Below, in pieces: positions 12,230 through 27,559 of a stretch of DNA of 64,000 bases (position 1 is its first letter; every line of letters begins with the position of its first letter). This DNA is from Auanema rhodensis (Eukaryota; Animalia; Nematoda): the NCBI GenBank assembly GCA_964057225.1, contig OZ059894.1, positions 10,230,001-10,294,000 on the forward strand, given 5' to 3'. The notes under the pieces are model-generated. The model worked only from the letters and a program-made list of their open reading frames with translations, ran no database searches and was not told the origin of the DNA. The position numbers were made by a program, and so were the translations under genes.

Positions 12230-14816
12230 TTTTATCTAGATTGTTCACTCTCGATTGAGCTATGTCTAGATCTCATTCAATTCCTCTCTCTCATTCATTC
12301 TCTTACTCTCTTCATATTGTCTTAGGATATTTTGTTCTATTATGGTGTTTCATACATTTGAGATTAAGTGGCAAAGATAAAAAAAATAAATAAAAAAACA
12401 TGAACTCTGAATAACGAAGAGCAACATTGATGAGAGAAAATGGTTTGGAAGCTAAATGCTTTTTCCTTTATTTTAAAACATTTTTCTGTGAAATTGGAAT
12501 GTTCTTGAGAATCGTGAGTGAAGAATGACTAGTTGATACTCGACCTAACCATCAAAAGTGCCATTGTTTTCATTTTTTTTGCTCAAAAAATTAATTTGTT
12601 TTTACTAAAAACGTAAGAAAAAACTATTCAGCTTTGAGAGTAGAATAAACTTTTCACAATAAAAAAAACTTTTAAGAACTCAGTGTTCACTTCACCTGCG
12701 GCTGTTGACGAGAAGAAAAGACAATTCAAAAAAGTTGTGGGGATGACCACCTTTGTGTGGCGTCCAAATTCTTTTTTAAACTGAACAGAAAATCATTGTG
12801 AACTTGTGGCAGAACGATTCAGACGTTAAAATGAGATGTTGTGATGAGGGGGAGCTAGCATAAGAGGGAGGAGGCAGGGTGGCAGGAACGTCTTCTGAAT
12901 AGTTCGAAGAGGCGAAGACGTTAGGAGGCAGACTACGTGATGACGAGTCTATGTAATAGACCCTTGGGAGGGTTTCTGACGAATGGAAAGATAGATACAA
13001 GAATGAAAGCAAAGAAATGAAAAGAAAAGAAAAAAAGTTTCAGAGGGTCCGCAAGAAGCCGAAGGAGAAGCTGCTGTTATCTGTTGAGCTATGCCTAACT
13101 GCTGACATGTGAAAATGGTTGTGTGATCTAACATCTTAGTACTCTTTCTATCTCACTTTTCTCATTGTCCTCTCGTTTCTTCATCAATCCCTCAGCCCCT
13201 TCCATCTCCCAATACTTTGATCAAAAGCTTAATATGTTCAACACTTTTTTTTAATTTTTGCGAGAAAAGAAAGAGAAGAAACCAAAAAAAAAATATGATG
13301 AGCTTTAAGGCTTTTGAGGAAAATTTCGAAAGCATAATAAGATTTGTTAATTTCTTTCAAATCTTTTGTTTGGCAAAAAAAAATAAAAGAAATAAACCTG
13401 CAAAAGGTAAAATTATACGTTTTTGTGTTTAAAATTTAAATTTTTTGCCCAAAAAAAGGATTGAAAAGTAAAATTGTATATGATAGATTGATCTTTCGAT
13501 TGTATAAAAGATGATCAGAGAGCATTGAGTCTTTTCTAAGGTAAATATCATCTTAAGTACTTCATACATTCCTTGTCTTTCTGCTATTTTCAAAACTGAG
13601 AAACGGATGAAATGCTTTAATAGATCAGAAAAGATAGAGAGATACAATATAGTGAATGATGATGTCATTCAGATGATAAGATCAGCAAAAAAAATGTTTT
13701 CTGAGCTTAATGAACAGGACAACTTAAAGAAAGAAGCTGAAATCTTAATGATTCAAGCTGTAAGCTTGATTTTTCCTTTGATCTTAGGTATTGACTTTAA
13801 GATTTAAAAACAAAATTTTACGGATGGAAAACAGTGAATCACAAACTGGAAAAGTCTAATTGAGAAGCATGCTATCAGATGATAATTATACTGAGGATGA
13901 GACTAATGCTAATGATGATAATCCAAAACAGATGGATGTCTGTGTTAAGCTTGTTGGCGGCAAATCAGAAAAATGGACACTGTCAAGCATATGTTGAAAG
14001 TTGAAGAGGACAGAGGACACAACGTTGAAGAGTTTGCCAACGATTGGTCAAGCTCGATGAAGTAGTCGAACATCGATGTATGAGAGAGAGAGAGAAAGAG
14101 AGAGAGACCAGAACGGAAAAAACTTTCTTCGTAATAACACACGAATAACACGAGAAAGAGGGAGTAGTGAACAAGCGAGAAATCAAGCGAACTACCAAAT
14201 GACAGAAATGAATATTGTATTACGTTACCACCCGAGGGATATAGATTGAGCGGCTCTATTCTTGAAATCTGCTCAAGATCAGAATAAACAGAGAGCATCA
14301 GAGTCATACACTCACTATCTCACATCACTCTCCTCTTTCAGTTCTCACCGTCTGTCATTCTCTCTCATTATTCTCTGTATATCTCTATCTCTGTTGTACG
14401 TAAATTACCTTTCTCGTTCAATATATCTCTCTCTATCTCTTATATAAGAAGTCTTTCACTCCCTATTTCTTCTAGTTTCTTTCTACACACATTGAAAGAT
14501 CATATACTGTTTGGGAGACTGTGAAAATAAGCTTTTCGATGATATCTTTGAGACAAACCAATCGAAAAATCTATCTCATCATACTCGATCTTTCGTTTTC
14601 CGTTTTTGTATAGTTTTGGAAATAATTTTTGTAATTTTCTTGGCTTTTTTCTCTCAAAAAGTAGTTAAAGAGATACAGTTTTTTTGATAAAAATGATAAT
14701 TATTACTAAAAGATAATGAGAAGAAAACTAGCGGAGAAGTAAAAGAGAATAGAAGATCATGGTGGATGTACCTTGTCAAGCCTTTACGGGAGAGAGGGAG
14801 GAAGAGAGAAAAAGAA

Positions 14817-14870
<54 letters not shown>

Positions 14871-15042
14871 TTATTAATAAAGCAACAGAAGAATCTATGT
14901 GTCTGTATGTACTAAAAAGACAATGTTTATTAGTTAAAAGCTCAGAGAAAGTTGTGTTATCGAATAAATAAACAAAAAAATTCCTTTTAAGGATAACTGT
15001 TACATGCAAAATATTCTTTGAAATAGTAAGCACACATCGAAT

Positions 15043-15081
<39 letters not shown>

Positions 15082-16300
15082 AGGGAAATTGGAAAATAGG
15101 GAGGGAAATGAACGGACAAAGAGATAGATAGAGAAAGAGATAGAGGGAAAGAGATAGAGAGAGGGGGTCATTTGAAATATTGACAAGAAATGAATGAAAT
15201 GAAGACTGTTTATCTAGGTTTTCCGGCTCAAGCAAAGATAATGTTTTTTGCAATTTCATTTGAAGATCACATCGATCAGATGAAGATTCGGAAAAAAAGT
15301 CTTTTCGGAGCAAGAAATACTCAAGATACTGGCTGCGATGCCATTGAGGTTGCTTTTTTGCAACAGAAATAGAAACTTAGGTTTGTGAAGAACAAGGAAA
15401 AATCAAGATCAAGGGAAGATTTGGATTTTGCAGAAGAGATACAACACGGAGTGGAAGTAAAGGTCACGTGAAACATAGAAATATCTTGGCTTCAGGCACA
15501 TTTTCTTCAACCAAAATGAAAGAATAAAGGTAATTGAATTGCATTACGGTACCTCTCACCTTCTTAACTCATAGTGACATTGCTCAATCATTGCAAATTT
15601 GAGATCGAAATTTCAGATGAAAGACAACATTCCAAAGATGGAAGAAGCTTTTGGTCTATTTTATGATTTTCACATTAGATCACATGTGACAAGTCAATTT
15701 GCACAGCTACTCAACTCACCTCACACCTCAACTTTCATCTTAAAAATACTTTTGAAATTGAAAAAAAAGCATTTTTTTCAGAAAATACATACACATACAC
15801 ACACATACACACGGTACATAAGTATTAAACATAATTAGTTAATTTGTATATTCTAATATAAAATATTATTTCTTAGAAAAAATATAGAAAGTTCGTAATA
15901 AAAAGAAAATAAATGAAATTTTATGCATAAGTACATATAATTTGAAATAAAATATAGTTAATAAATAAGAATAACTACTGTTGTTTCGGTGAAAAGAGTA
16001 GAGAGAGCGAGATTGAGAGAGAGAGAGAGAGAGAGAAAAAAAGAGATTGACAGAGAGAGAGAGAGATAAAGGTATGCGTGTGCCTGGAAATCGTGTTCAT
16101 TCATTTCTTTTGGCAACTTCTTCACCCAAAAAAAAGATTAAAAGCGATATTCAAGAGAATAAGTACAGAACGTATGCTTACTCCTGAAATATCGTTTCAC
16201 ACAAACTACAAAAATTAAGAAAAAAATATTTGTTGGATTTTGAAAGAGGGTTTTCTGAGGTTCATGAGTTTGCAGGTGTCCCAATTTCATCGCACAGGAC

Positions 16301-16362
<62 letters not shown>

Positions 16363-17163
16363 CTAAAAAAGTAAAAAAAGGAATATCTATATAGATATCT
16401 ATCTATATACATGTATATATATATATATATATGTATATTGTATGTATACATCTCAACAGAAAAAAGAAAAGAAAATAGAACAAATATTTTGTTTTACTCT
16501 AATCTTCTACTTCTTCTTCTACTTCTTCTTTTTCTTCGTCTACTTCTTCCTTATTTTACTTTTCTGATTCTTTCTATTATGAACTGGTTAAGTCCAAGTC
16601 TCACCATGTCATGCTTATAGATGATGCTCATCATCATCATGACTTTATGCTTTGACCATAGAAAAATAACCAAATAAGTTCTTTATTTTCTAAAAAAAGA
16701 ACAAAAAGATGAAGAAAAACGATGAATAAGCTGCTAGAATCATAATACTTTCGTTTTTACTTTTCTATTTGGCTTTAAATCATTTTTTAAGTTCAATAGT
16801 GGACAACTTAAATCTTATAATCTAGTTGAAAAACTAATTATTCTCATCTTTACTATATAAGTTAAAGAAGAATAATTATATTTTTTTATAGAAAAAACTA
16901 TTTCAACATGTGGAATCGTTTTAGTGTTTTTTTGTTTTTTTTTTGTTTTTTTCACAAATAAAATAAAAAGTTAAACATCAAATATTTTAAATAAATAATG
17001 TAAAATCATGAACTAAAAGGTTTGTAAAAACTAAAGGTCTAGAATGGAAAATTAAATTTTTTTTAAAACATTGGTTAATGAATAAGAATGAGTGGGAGAG
17101 AGTAGAGAGGTAGTACAATGAAAATGAGTAATATATAAAGAGAGATAGAGAGAATAGAGAGAG

Positions 17164-17226
<63 letters not shown>

Positions 17227-17547
17227 ATATAGAGAATAGAGAAAGAAAGAGAATATAGAGATAGGATGAAGAAGCTTAAAGTGAGTGAGAATCGTAAAAT
17301 ACTTACACATATTAATAATAATTAATATTATTATTATTATTATTATGATAACTAGATGTATATGTAAATATACATACATATATTTATAAATATACTATAT
17401 ACTATTATATATATATATATATATATTTGGTATATGTAGATATACATATAAAATATATAAAATTATATTAACTTTATGTGTTTTTGTCTCAAACATTATT
17501 TATTTATTATTTTTAAAATACTTTTTCATTTTCAAAAAATGTAGATG

Positions 17548-17591
17548 AGCATCAGCAGTAGCAGCAGCATCAGCAGTAGCAGCAGCATCAT

Positions 17592-17623
<32 letters not shown>

Positions 17624-17626
17624 GCA
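17548..17626. repeat. Compound (CAG/CAT/TAG)n trinucleotide repeat, apparently non-coding
   Basis: agcatcagcagtagcagcagcatcagcagtagcagcagcatcatcatcatcatcagcagcagc...; no convincing splice-site-bounded coding exon around it. Confidence 0.85.
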
Positions 17627-18793
17627 TACATACACTGTGCTCAACCGGCTGTGCATCCACGAAAATTCAAAATAGCACTGTCTTACGTGTTCATATTCAC
17701 GTAAATTTATGCTAATTATATCATTTGAATAGAAAAGAGGTCATATAATCAATATGATTAAAAGCTTAATTATATAGGAAATATATGAATATTCTTTTTC
17801 TCCCTCATCTCTCTTTTTCAATAAAAATATATAGTATATAGTATATAATATATAAATTATATAATAATAATAATAATAATAGTTTAAACTTTGAAATGAA
17901 CTAATTGCATATTTATGTTTAAATCCCGTTTGTTCTTTACTAAGCAGGAAGTCCAGAAAATAGAGGAAAATGAAGTATAGTCTCGGTGGTGTGCCAGGTG
18001 TCCTGAACAAATCCCGCTGTGCAGTTTAGATTAAAAGGAGATTTATTACAAAAATTCAATGAAAATATACTATTTTGGATACTTATTCATATAGTTAAAT
18101 AGATAAAATTCAAGTTTTACATCGTAAAATTTAGAAATTCATGTTGCAAAGCGCGCCGAAACAAAAGGTTGCAAGTTCAAATCAAATGTTTTATTGAAGT
18201 TCATGATTAAATTTTTTATTTTAGCATAAGCTAATAAATTATTTTTAAGGATTTAATAAGAAAAAATAAAGATTTTCATTAATGTTTCTCAAAATTATTC
18301 GAGAAAATTAAAGAAAATCAAGAGTAAAGTGAAAATAACTAGAACATAGACATGCTATTTCATTTGATTTTGATAGTTTTGAGGACTTAAGTTGGAAAAT
18401 ATATATTTCATCTGAAGCGCTGACGCTTTCGTCTACATACTATTCTCCAGAGTACAAGAAAAGTAAGATTTGCTGTCACTTTGCGTCACATTTTCTGCCA
18501 TCAAGTACAAGGTTTGTTGTAATTCTTTCAGAAATCCCTTCCTTAACACATATGTATATACATGGAGTCAGCCGGAAACGACTGGCTTACTGAAGATATT
18601 TTCGTTTTTTTTTCCAATTAAGTCGTTGAGTTTGCCTCTATCTTTGAAATGTTCTTTCTCGTGTTAGGGTCGAAGGATGAGTTCAAATTTGAATGAATAA
18701 TTGAAATAGAAAGGCCACCATATCACATTCAGATAATCTTAGGAAAAGTATTCAATCTATTTCAAAGCTTAATCTATCTAAACTGCAAAGAGC

Positions 18794-18840
<47 letters not shown>

Positions 18841-19884
18841 GATGGAAGAGCAAAGTATCAGAAGTATTAGGATGGCAAATAGGGAAGAAGCATGCTGACC
18901 AATGAGATTTCTATTGACTTTTCAGATACTATATAGTATATGAATCAGATTGCTCTCTGCCCCTCACACTCCTACCATTTGAATGCTTTGGAATTTAAAA
19001 AGATTAAGCTGGTGAGGGTGGGAACGTGGTATGTAGAGAGAAGGAACAAGAGAAATCTTAGATTTCCCTCATCGTTTAGCCTTTCGCCGTTTGTGTCAAT
19101 TCCAAGAAAAGTTCCATAACTAACTTTTCCCTTCCCTTGAACAGTATTCATGATAATAACTTGTAACATGGGACAAGTTTTCTTGAACTTTCATTTCAAA
19201 TAATGCCGGCAGCGGAAATGCATAGGATTCAAAACATAATTGGTAATTAATGTAAAGCATACTCGCTCATTTTGTTCTAGAACTTGAAGTTGAAACAGGT
19301 TGTAAGCTTAACATACTTGCGAATTATCCCTTAATTAACGCTGAAAAACAACGTTAATTCTCAAATCTCCTCTTCATTACACTCCTGATAACTGTGATGA
19401 TCAATGATAGCTGCATGATGATTGGAAAATTTCAAGTGTTTTTCAGATCATTTCAGTTTGATGTCAATTTATTGATGACGATGATGACGCAGATGACGAT
19501 GATGACATTCGAAAAGCTACTCAATGTGTTTAACCCATTCCACACCCTCAGGAAGTGATAACACAGATGAAGATCGGAGCATTTTTCAAAACTTCTCAAA
19601 ACACATTTGATTTCCGTCTGGTATTTCGATTTGAAAGACAAAATTCAAAAAATCAAAAGTTGGAAGACAAAACGATTTAAGCCTGAATCAGCCTATCATA
19701 GTCAGCTGTTATATTATTTAACTCAATAACACTAATCAATAATAGTTAAATTGAAAATCAGGGAAGACAAGATTGTATGAAAACATAATATAAATTGAGG
19801 AGAGTACAGACAATTATAGATGGTCTCAGTGTCTGTGTTGTGTTTCCCTTGATTCTTACCAACGACCACCATCATACCTCTTCC

Positions 19885-19924
<40 letters not shown>

Positions 19925-20872
19925 ATGTCTACTTATTCATCTTCTTACCTATTTACTCATATTGTTGACATATCCAATATCCAATTGAAAAACCTTTAAC
20001 TAGAAAGACTGTTTTGATCTGTTTCTCATCAGATCTTTATCTTTTAACTCAAACTCATCATACATACTTCCACTATTCATGAGATCTTACTCATTTCATT
20101 CAGTTAATTTTTCAAAAATTTCATTTACAACCAATGGCTTCAACAAGAAATGAAATCATTCATATGATTTGAAATTACTCTTCTCTCTTAGAAGTCTATT
20201 GCTTTCAACTTTCCATTTTTTTTGTTTATTTTGAAGAAGATAATGGGCTTACTTTCCGCTAATAAAGTAGGTTAAAACCATTTTTAAGTATAAGTATAAG
20301 CTTCAAATGGAAGTTAATTGAACGTTGAACAGAAAAACCAAAGAAAAAAAGAAAAATAGGTCTTAATGTCGTTTAAGATGGTAATTACCAGATTTTTCCA
20401 CTTTAAATCCATTTATGTGAAGTCATATGAATTAGACAGAGAGAGAGAGGGAGAGAGAGAGAGAGATGATCGAATACAGATGAGATGAGTTGATAACAAG
20501 CTGGAAGTGACGACATCTTTGAAGTGAAATAAGATGATAAAGGGTACAATTGAGATAATTAAAAAGGTTTAAAGAGATAACAAAAAGAAAAATATTTGAA
20601 ATGAATATAACTTCCGGTTAAAGAAAAAATTTCCAATATTAATGGAAAGAGAAAGGTATAAATTTGAAATTTTGAACATCCGTTGTCACATATAGAATTT
20701 CCTGCTCATTACTATGTTAAAGTTTTTCAGATAAAGCGGATGGAACCCACAAAATGAGAGAAGAATAGATGGAATAAAGCTTCGAATCATTGAGAAGATT
20801 TGAAAAATTACAAAAATAAAATAACTTTTGGACACCTTTGAGGATAGGAGAGAGAGAGAGAAAAGTGTGAGT

Positions 20873-20904
<32 letters not shown>

Positions 20905-21595
20905 CAGAAAGAGTGTGAAAGTCCTAGCGTCAACGACGACTACAACGATGATGATGACGCGATGGCATATGGACGGCATTCGGATGTCTCAGACACCAGC
21001 AGAACGATGACAATGAAACAAAATTTGTAATAATGAACAAGAGAGCATCTAGTCGTAGATAGAAAAAGGAAAATGATCGAAGTATTATGGTTGGTGAGGG
21101 AGGCAGGAAAGGAATAAGCGATTTCTACAACGGCCATCACAGGCACACAACGACGATCATGATGCTTGAATCTGCTGCTTTTTCACTTCTTGCCCGTACT
21201 CGTTATTCACATCAGAACTCATAACGTGAATGTGATACACAACATCTCCAGATCTAGATGTTGCTGAAGCAAAAGCATACAACATCTATCCTTATCCAGC
21301 TTTTCTATCGTTTTTCCGAAGTATGAGAGTGCATTGGCTGATTTTATTTCCGTTTTTTGTTTTTTTCATTCCTATTTAAATAATCTTTTTCGTTGTCTTT
21401 TGAGTTATATCTTTCCTATCTCAATTCCTTTTGCAGAATATGTCCTATTCTTCATCATGATTTGGCCTTTATACAGCATTTTTGCTCAGATAAGTTCATT
21501 TCAGATGTGATTCCATGGATTGTTTAGCACAAGCAAGCAACCTGTCTTCTATTTCTTTTTCTCTCTTTCTCTCTTTTTCTCTTTCTATCTTACTA

Positions 21596-21632
<37 letters not shown>

Positions 21633-22657
21633 CTTCCTATGTGTTGAGTTGTTCATCTTTCGACGATGAGCAGCAGTATGCATCAACAGCGGCAGTTGGT
21701 TCAGTGATGATGGTGCTGGTAGTAGTGCTGTTTGGGGTTTAGCAAAGTCTTTTCCTTCTGATGTATGGTTGTAGACTCCCTTATAGCGTTGTATTCTAAA
21801 TTCTTCTATCTCTTTCTCTCGCTCTCGCTCTCTTTCACAGCTAGCTCGTCGTCTTGCAATGTCTTCGTTGTCACCATCATTGGCGTCATCTTCGTCGTCC
21901 TCTTCTTCTTCAGCTTTTGATGGTGTTGATGCTTCACAAAATTGGCCCTAGGGGTCGATATCTGTGCTCTACTTGGACTAAAAAGAAAGCGAACAAGAGA
22001 AACATTGACTAGAGCTTTCCCTTTATTTAAATCTCTCTCACTATCATCCTCTCTCACCCTCTTTCAATGCATATATCCATTCCATTCAAATCCTTTTTTT
22101 TGTGAAAGAGAGTAAAGATAGGCAGACAGGGCAGACATGTATACGCACGAATCAGAGTTTCCTCTTGGGGCCAATTGCTCCGAAAATGTCCCCTGTGCAC
22201 GGCACGGGACCTCCGGAGCTCAAAGAATCATTGACGGAGCAATCCTGAACAGGATAGCATTTGAGCAGCAGCCGAAGGCCAAACACTTCATAAGCTCAAT
22301 GTTTCAGGCGATCGTTTGTGACACATCTAACCGACTGATCCAGCATTAGACTGACAAATGGACATTCATAGACACAACAAAGAATCACGAACTTCCTATG
22401 TCTAATTCATTGGAATCTAATGTTAGTATGATTATATGAAAGTGTCCTCTATGATGATGGAAGATGTGTTCAGAGGGTAGATTGTTGAAGCAACTACTTA
22501 CTTAGCTCATTGGGACAGGTAATCCATCAACATCATGAGCAAGCCATAAAGAGAATGAACAGCAAATAAATGAAACAATAACTTCTTCAAGATTCTCTAT
22601 CTAAGAATATCTTGGGTAAGGTTTGATGCACAATCAAAGAAAATATAAAGAGAAAAG

Positions 22658-22715
<58 letters not shown>

Positions 22716-23238
22716 AAGACGGGTATAACACATGTGTACATGTATGTATTAGGAGTTCGGAGGATAAAAACGATAAGGAAAGTCGAGGATTATGATGAGA
22801 AAGTGATTGAAATAGAGAAAAAGATTGCTGCAACTGAAAGACGATAAGAGAAATAGTTCGAGAAGAAGAAGAAGAAGAAGAGAGACCAAGAGACGAGTCT
22901 ATAGATTTAGGGTAGTAGCTTTTAATCTTTTTTTTTGAGAAAAAAGAGAAAAGCAGAAGTAATTCTTTGGTAAGGATCAGTTTTACTAATAGATTTGTGC
23001 CAAAACTACGACAAATATGGATTATGAAGTTTAAGAAAAAGGGGAATTGATCAAGAGGTCATAAACTGTAAGCAAACAAAGTTTTGAAATTGAGTTAAAA
23101 AGAGAAAAACACAAAGAATTGGTGACAATAATATTGAAGAAAATGATTGAATGTTAGATGAAAGTAAGTAAATGAATGTTTTGAGTTTGATAATAAAGAT
23201 AAAGAGAGATAGATAGATAGAGAGAAAGATATATATAC

Positions 23239-23289
<51 letters not shown>

Positions 23290-23646
23290 AGGGGTTAGAC
23301 AGAGCTTGGAAAAGCGTGGGATATGAAGCAACTATTATGTTTTATTTTCTTTTTTTTTGCAAAAAATTGAAGTAAAATAGATGAATAGTGTGACCTTGAA
23401 TATGATAAAGCAAATGAAATTCAATGTTATTGAAGTCAAAAATATTTTAAAAAATGAGAAAATGATGCATGATGACATCTCACAACTAACTAACTATATG
23501 TACATATAACTAACTAACTAACTAACTTGTATTAGTTAATATGAATGGATAAATCATGTTTATATATGTACAATATGCTCATTTTGAAGAATAACAAGAA
23601 CAAGAAAAAAAGCAAAAAGAAAAAAAAAGTAATGAAAGAGACTTAC

Positions 23647-23746
23647 CATCATGTAATCAAAAATCTATGGATTAAATATTAAATATATAGATTATATGTA
23701 TATAGTTAAGAATAGAATATATAGTTATAGATAGATAGATTGATAC
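23647..23746 (-). other. Candidate distal 5' exon of gar-3 ending in ATG ATG
   Basis: Perfect atttcag acceptor and ATG|gtaagt donor bracket 100 nt. It lies just downstream (on -) of a GC-richer region (23850-24400) with several TGACG CRE-like sites. Confidence 0.4.
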
Positions 23747-24516
23747 CTGAAATTTAAAAAAATTTAATTGGATAGTTTCTAAATTTATAAAAATAAACAA
23801 AACGATAAAGTCAATACGATTCAGAAAACGACAGACAGACGAGGAGGAACTAGCTCACTGTGACTCGGAGCACCAAGTAATTCTGAGCAGGAGAAGGAGT
23901 ATGGGGGGAGACGTCAACTGATGACCAAGCAACGCTTCGAAGCAGTTGGCAATGAATTTTAAGATTTTTCGACTAAAAGAAAGAGATAGAGCCTTGGAGA
24001 AAAACTCAGGAAAATGCTGGATAACACTGCTGTTCATTCACTTCTTTGCTTGGTCTTTCTCTTCTTGTGCGATGAGCATTCAAAGGGGGCGGAGCTTACA
24101 GCGTTACACACAGACATCACACACACACACTCACAAATACACATATACATAGCCTCAGGCAAGTTTGACGTAACACGCATCAGACAGTTTCACGTCAAAT
24201 TTTGAAGTTTTTAGATGCGGACAAGGCAAATGTGGAAGGCTCGAGATGAGCACAATGCATCAGATAAAGCGCGTATAGATTGACCACCACAGACAAGTTC
24301 ATTGTCCTTCAAAAAGTTTGAAAGTCAAGCCCAAATCAGTTTTCAGCCAGATCCGGTCAGGCTGCTTTAGCCTGCTGTCGCTTTTTCTTCTGTTTCATTG
24401 GCTCACGCATTAAATAGAACCCAAACAACCATTTAAAGAAAGAATAAACTGAATCATTGGCTATGCACTGACCATTCAATAATCAGATAGAGAGAGGGGG
24501 AGAAAGAAAAAGAGAC

Positions 24517-24559
<43 letters not shown>

Positions 24560-26773
24560 TAGAGAGAGAGAGAGTGAGAGAGAGAGAAAGAGAGAGAGAG
24601 AAAGAGGGAAAGGATAAGAAGAAGTATTATTAAGGAAAAAACACTGAGTTAATGACCAATTAGAAATTAAATTTTCAACGTATGAATACATACATATATC
24701 TTTGTTATCTGGTTGCTTTACACATACAAAACTGTGGCTATTCTCGAGTAAAAGGATAATTGCTTTGATGGTGATTGTAGGATAGACGACAAAGAGGAAG
24801 GGAATTCTAAGTTGAAAAAGAGAGAGAATGAAAGAGAGAGAGAGAGAAAGAGCAACCGCTTAGCACCTACACGATGGGAAGAATGAAACAAATCATTGAG
24901 TGGTTGTTTGATTCGTTACGTGAACATTTCACGTAACTCCCCCCCCCCCCTTTTCCCATCAATATGCATATATGTGCATGTGTATGTCAAAATAAATTTT
25001 AAAAAAAAAGGCTGTTTGAATGCTGGAGGAATAGATGGAGGATACGAAGGTTTGGTTGTGAGATGTGAGCCATTGAGTTGGAACTGGCATTAAGAATGGT
25101 CTATTGCTAGTCATAAAGCTTTAAGTTTGTTCTCATCCAACTTTTAACTATAACTGATGACAAGTAAGCTAATAACTCGTCAAGTAGTTCTTTCCAATAC
25201 TACAGCTTGACCAAAAAAACTTGTAAAACGTTCGACTAAGTGTTTTTTGTGAATTTACTTAGCTTTGCAATGACCGGAAAATCACTCTTTGTTTTCTTTT
25301 TTTTTCGAAGAAATCATTGTCAATAATGTTAATGTTGAAAATATGTTCAGATGTTCAAGCATAGAAAACTTAGGAAAGATTTCTTGTGTCATTTGTTGTT
25401 TTTCAACATAATTTTCTTGAAAATCGTTTCATTTGTAATGGACTTATTATTTATATAAAAATCATTTAAATTCCTTAAAACGTAAGCTTCAAAATAGAGC
25501 ATAACATATATAAAACGTAAGCTACAAACTTGAGAATTAAAATCCAACATTTTTCTTAAAGTTTCTGAAAATTTGAATATTATTCTCAATTAACGAGAAA
25601 AACAGAATGAAAATAGAAAAAGAGTCAACGTCAATTTCATTTTCATAATCATGGTCATCGAAAACTGCGTTTAACTACGACTACGTCTACTCCTTTCCTA
25701 CTCTTCTACCCCTTCCTCTCTCCTACACCCTCTCATTCCATCCACCTCTCTCTCCCTCTCTATCTGGATCAAAACATAAATGAAATAAAAAGAATTCAAA
25801 TAGAAAATTATTAGACAAAATTTGTGACGTAAATGTATGTATTCGGAATAAAAGTTTTTAAAAATTTACTATTTACTATAAAATTGCTGATTGTCCTACG
25901 AATTTAAACTATGATCAGCATTAATCTATCAAAATTTAGTGAAAAATTGATCAAAATTTGAAGAATATGCTATATACATTCAAATTACTTTAAAAAAAAC
26001 ATCATAGTTAATTGATTAAAAGCTGAAAAAAAAAGAAGATGAATTAACAATTCCTAAAAAGTTTTTCTGATTAGTTGGCTTTTGCATTCAACAACTTTAG
26101 GCTGTTTACATCAACTATTTAGCTTTTAACACTTGTAATCCTAAAAATTAGAAAACTCATCATCCATTTTTCTGCTTTTCTCTCATCGAACAAATCTAAG
26201 GGAGAGGGAGAGAAAGCTTTACTTTACCTAAAAAAAACTTCCTAAACTTGAATAAATGATAGATATATGAGTTATATAAGAAATATTGTGTAAGAAAAAC
26301 ATAAAAAACAATAAATGTGATCGTGATTTATGACTAAAATATACGAAAAAAAAGTTTTTAAAACCGCCTCACCGTTCACATATACACAGACATACAAGCA
26401 GATCGTCAAACCATTTTCCTAATATCATTATAATTTAAACTTTTTAAACAAGTTCTAAAGTTTATAACATATAATAAATATTTTTCCTTTTATTTTAAAT
26501 GGAAAACAATTATTTTTTTCCCGATAAATATGTCTATTACAATGCACTAAACAACGTGAAGGACAGTATAAGAGCACTGATAAGCTCATTTTCAATTATA
26601 ATATGAAATATACTATATACTATATACAATTGTTTTATTATTTTAAAAGTTTTATTATGCTAATTATTAAATATTATAAATTTGTAACAGAAATAGGAAT
26701 AAAAAATCTTTTTTTTTAATTTTTTGAACTTTTTAATTTTTTTTTCAAAAAAAAATTTAAATTAATAAAAAGA

Positions 26774-26853
26774 GCGGGAAAGCGCGGGAAAATCAGTTGA
26801 TAATCTGATACGCAAGTAAGGAGCGACATACGACACGTCGCCACCAGGTAAGT
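26774..26853 (+). promoter_or_regulatory. Putative promoter with tandem E2F/DP-like sites followed by a consensus splice donor
   Basis: GCGGGAAA (26774-26781) and GCGCGGGAAAA (26782-26792) in 10-bp phase, T-runs just upstream, and CAG|GTAAGT at 26845-26853. The purine/pyrimidine skew switches near here. Confidence 0.45.
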
Positions 26854-27559
26854 TATTTTTTCTTTTCCTGAAACTGTTTTTTTCTCTTATTGTAAAAATG
26901 CTTAAGCAGCATAAACCACCGTCTTTTCTGCAGGTTCACGTAAAAATGAACAAAACGTGAAAAATTAGAATAATATGATGAATGTTTGGATGAATCATGA
27001 GTGATCCACTATGTTTGATCGAGATTTATCATTGAAATTATGAAAATCAAACAAAATTTTCTAGTCTACGAATTCTAATTCTCATTTTAACTTTTCCGAA
27101 TTTCCAGGTTAATCCTCCTCCTTCTCTCATTCTTTCTGTTTCGCGATTTAAACTTTTCTTTTCTTTTTATTCCTTTTTTGTATTACTAATATGAAGAATA
27201 TATATACATATAGTTAAAAAGCAAAGAATATAATTTCTTTTATAACAAATAATAATATTTAATATTCATTCGTATACTGAATAGTATTAGCATATGAAGT
27301 TTTCAAGTTTTATGAAAAAAAAAAACTTTAAGAACGCATAACTTTCTTATTAATTATCATTTACTATGATAATACTACTTATAGTTTTTCTTGTTGAAAT
27401 GTTTTTTCTCTTATTTTACTCACCTACTCATCTATATAGCATCAAGTTTTATGAAGTTTTCGTTCAACTTAATAGTAATTAAACTGGTTAAAGGAGTTAT
27501 ACTTTATAATTTTCTTTACTTAATAATACGATTAGATTATCATTAGACGTCCATATGAA

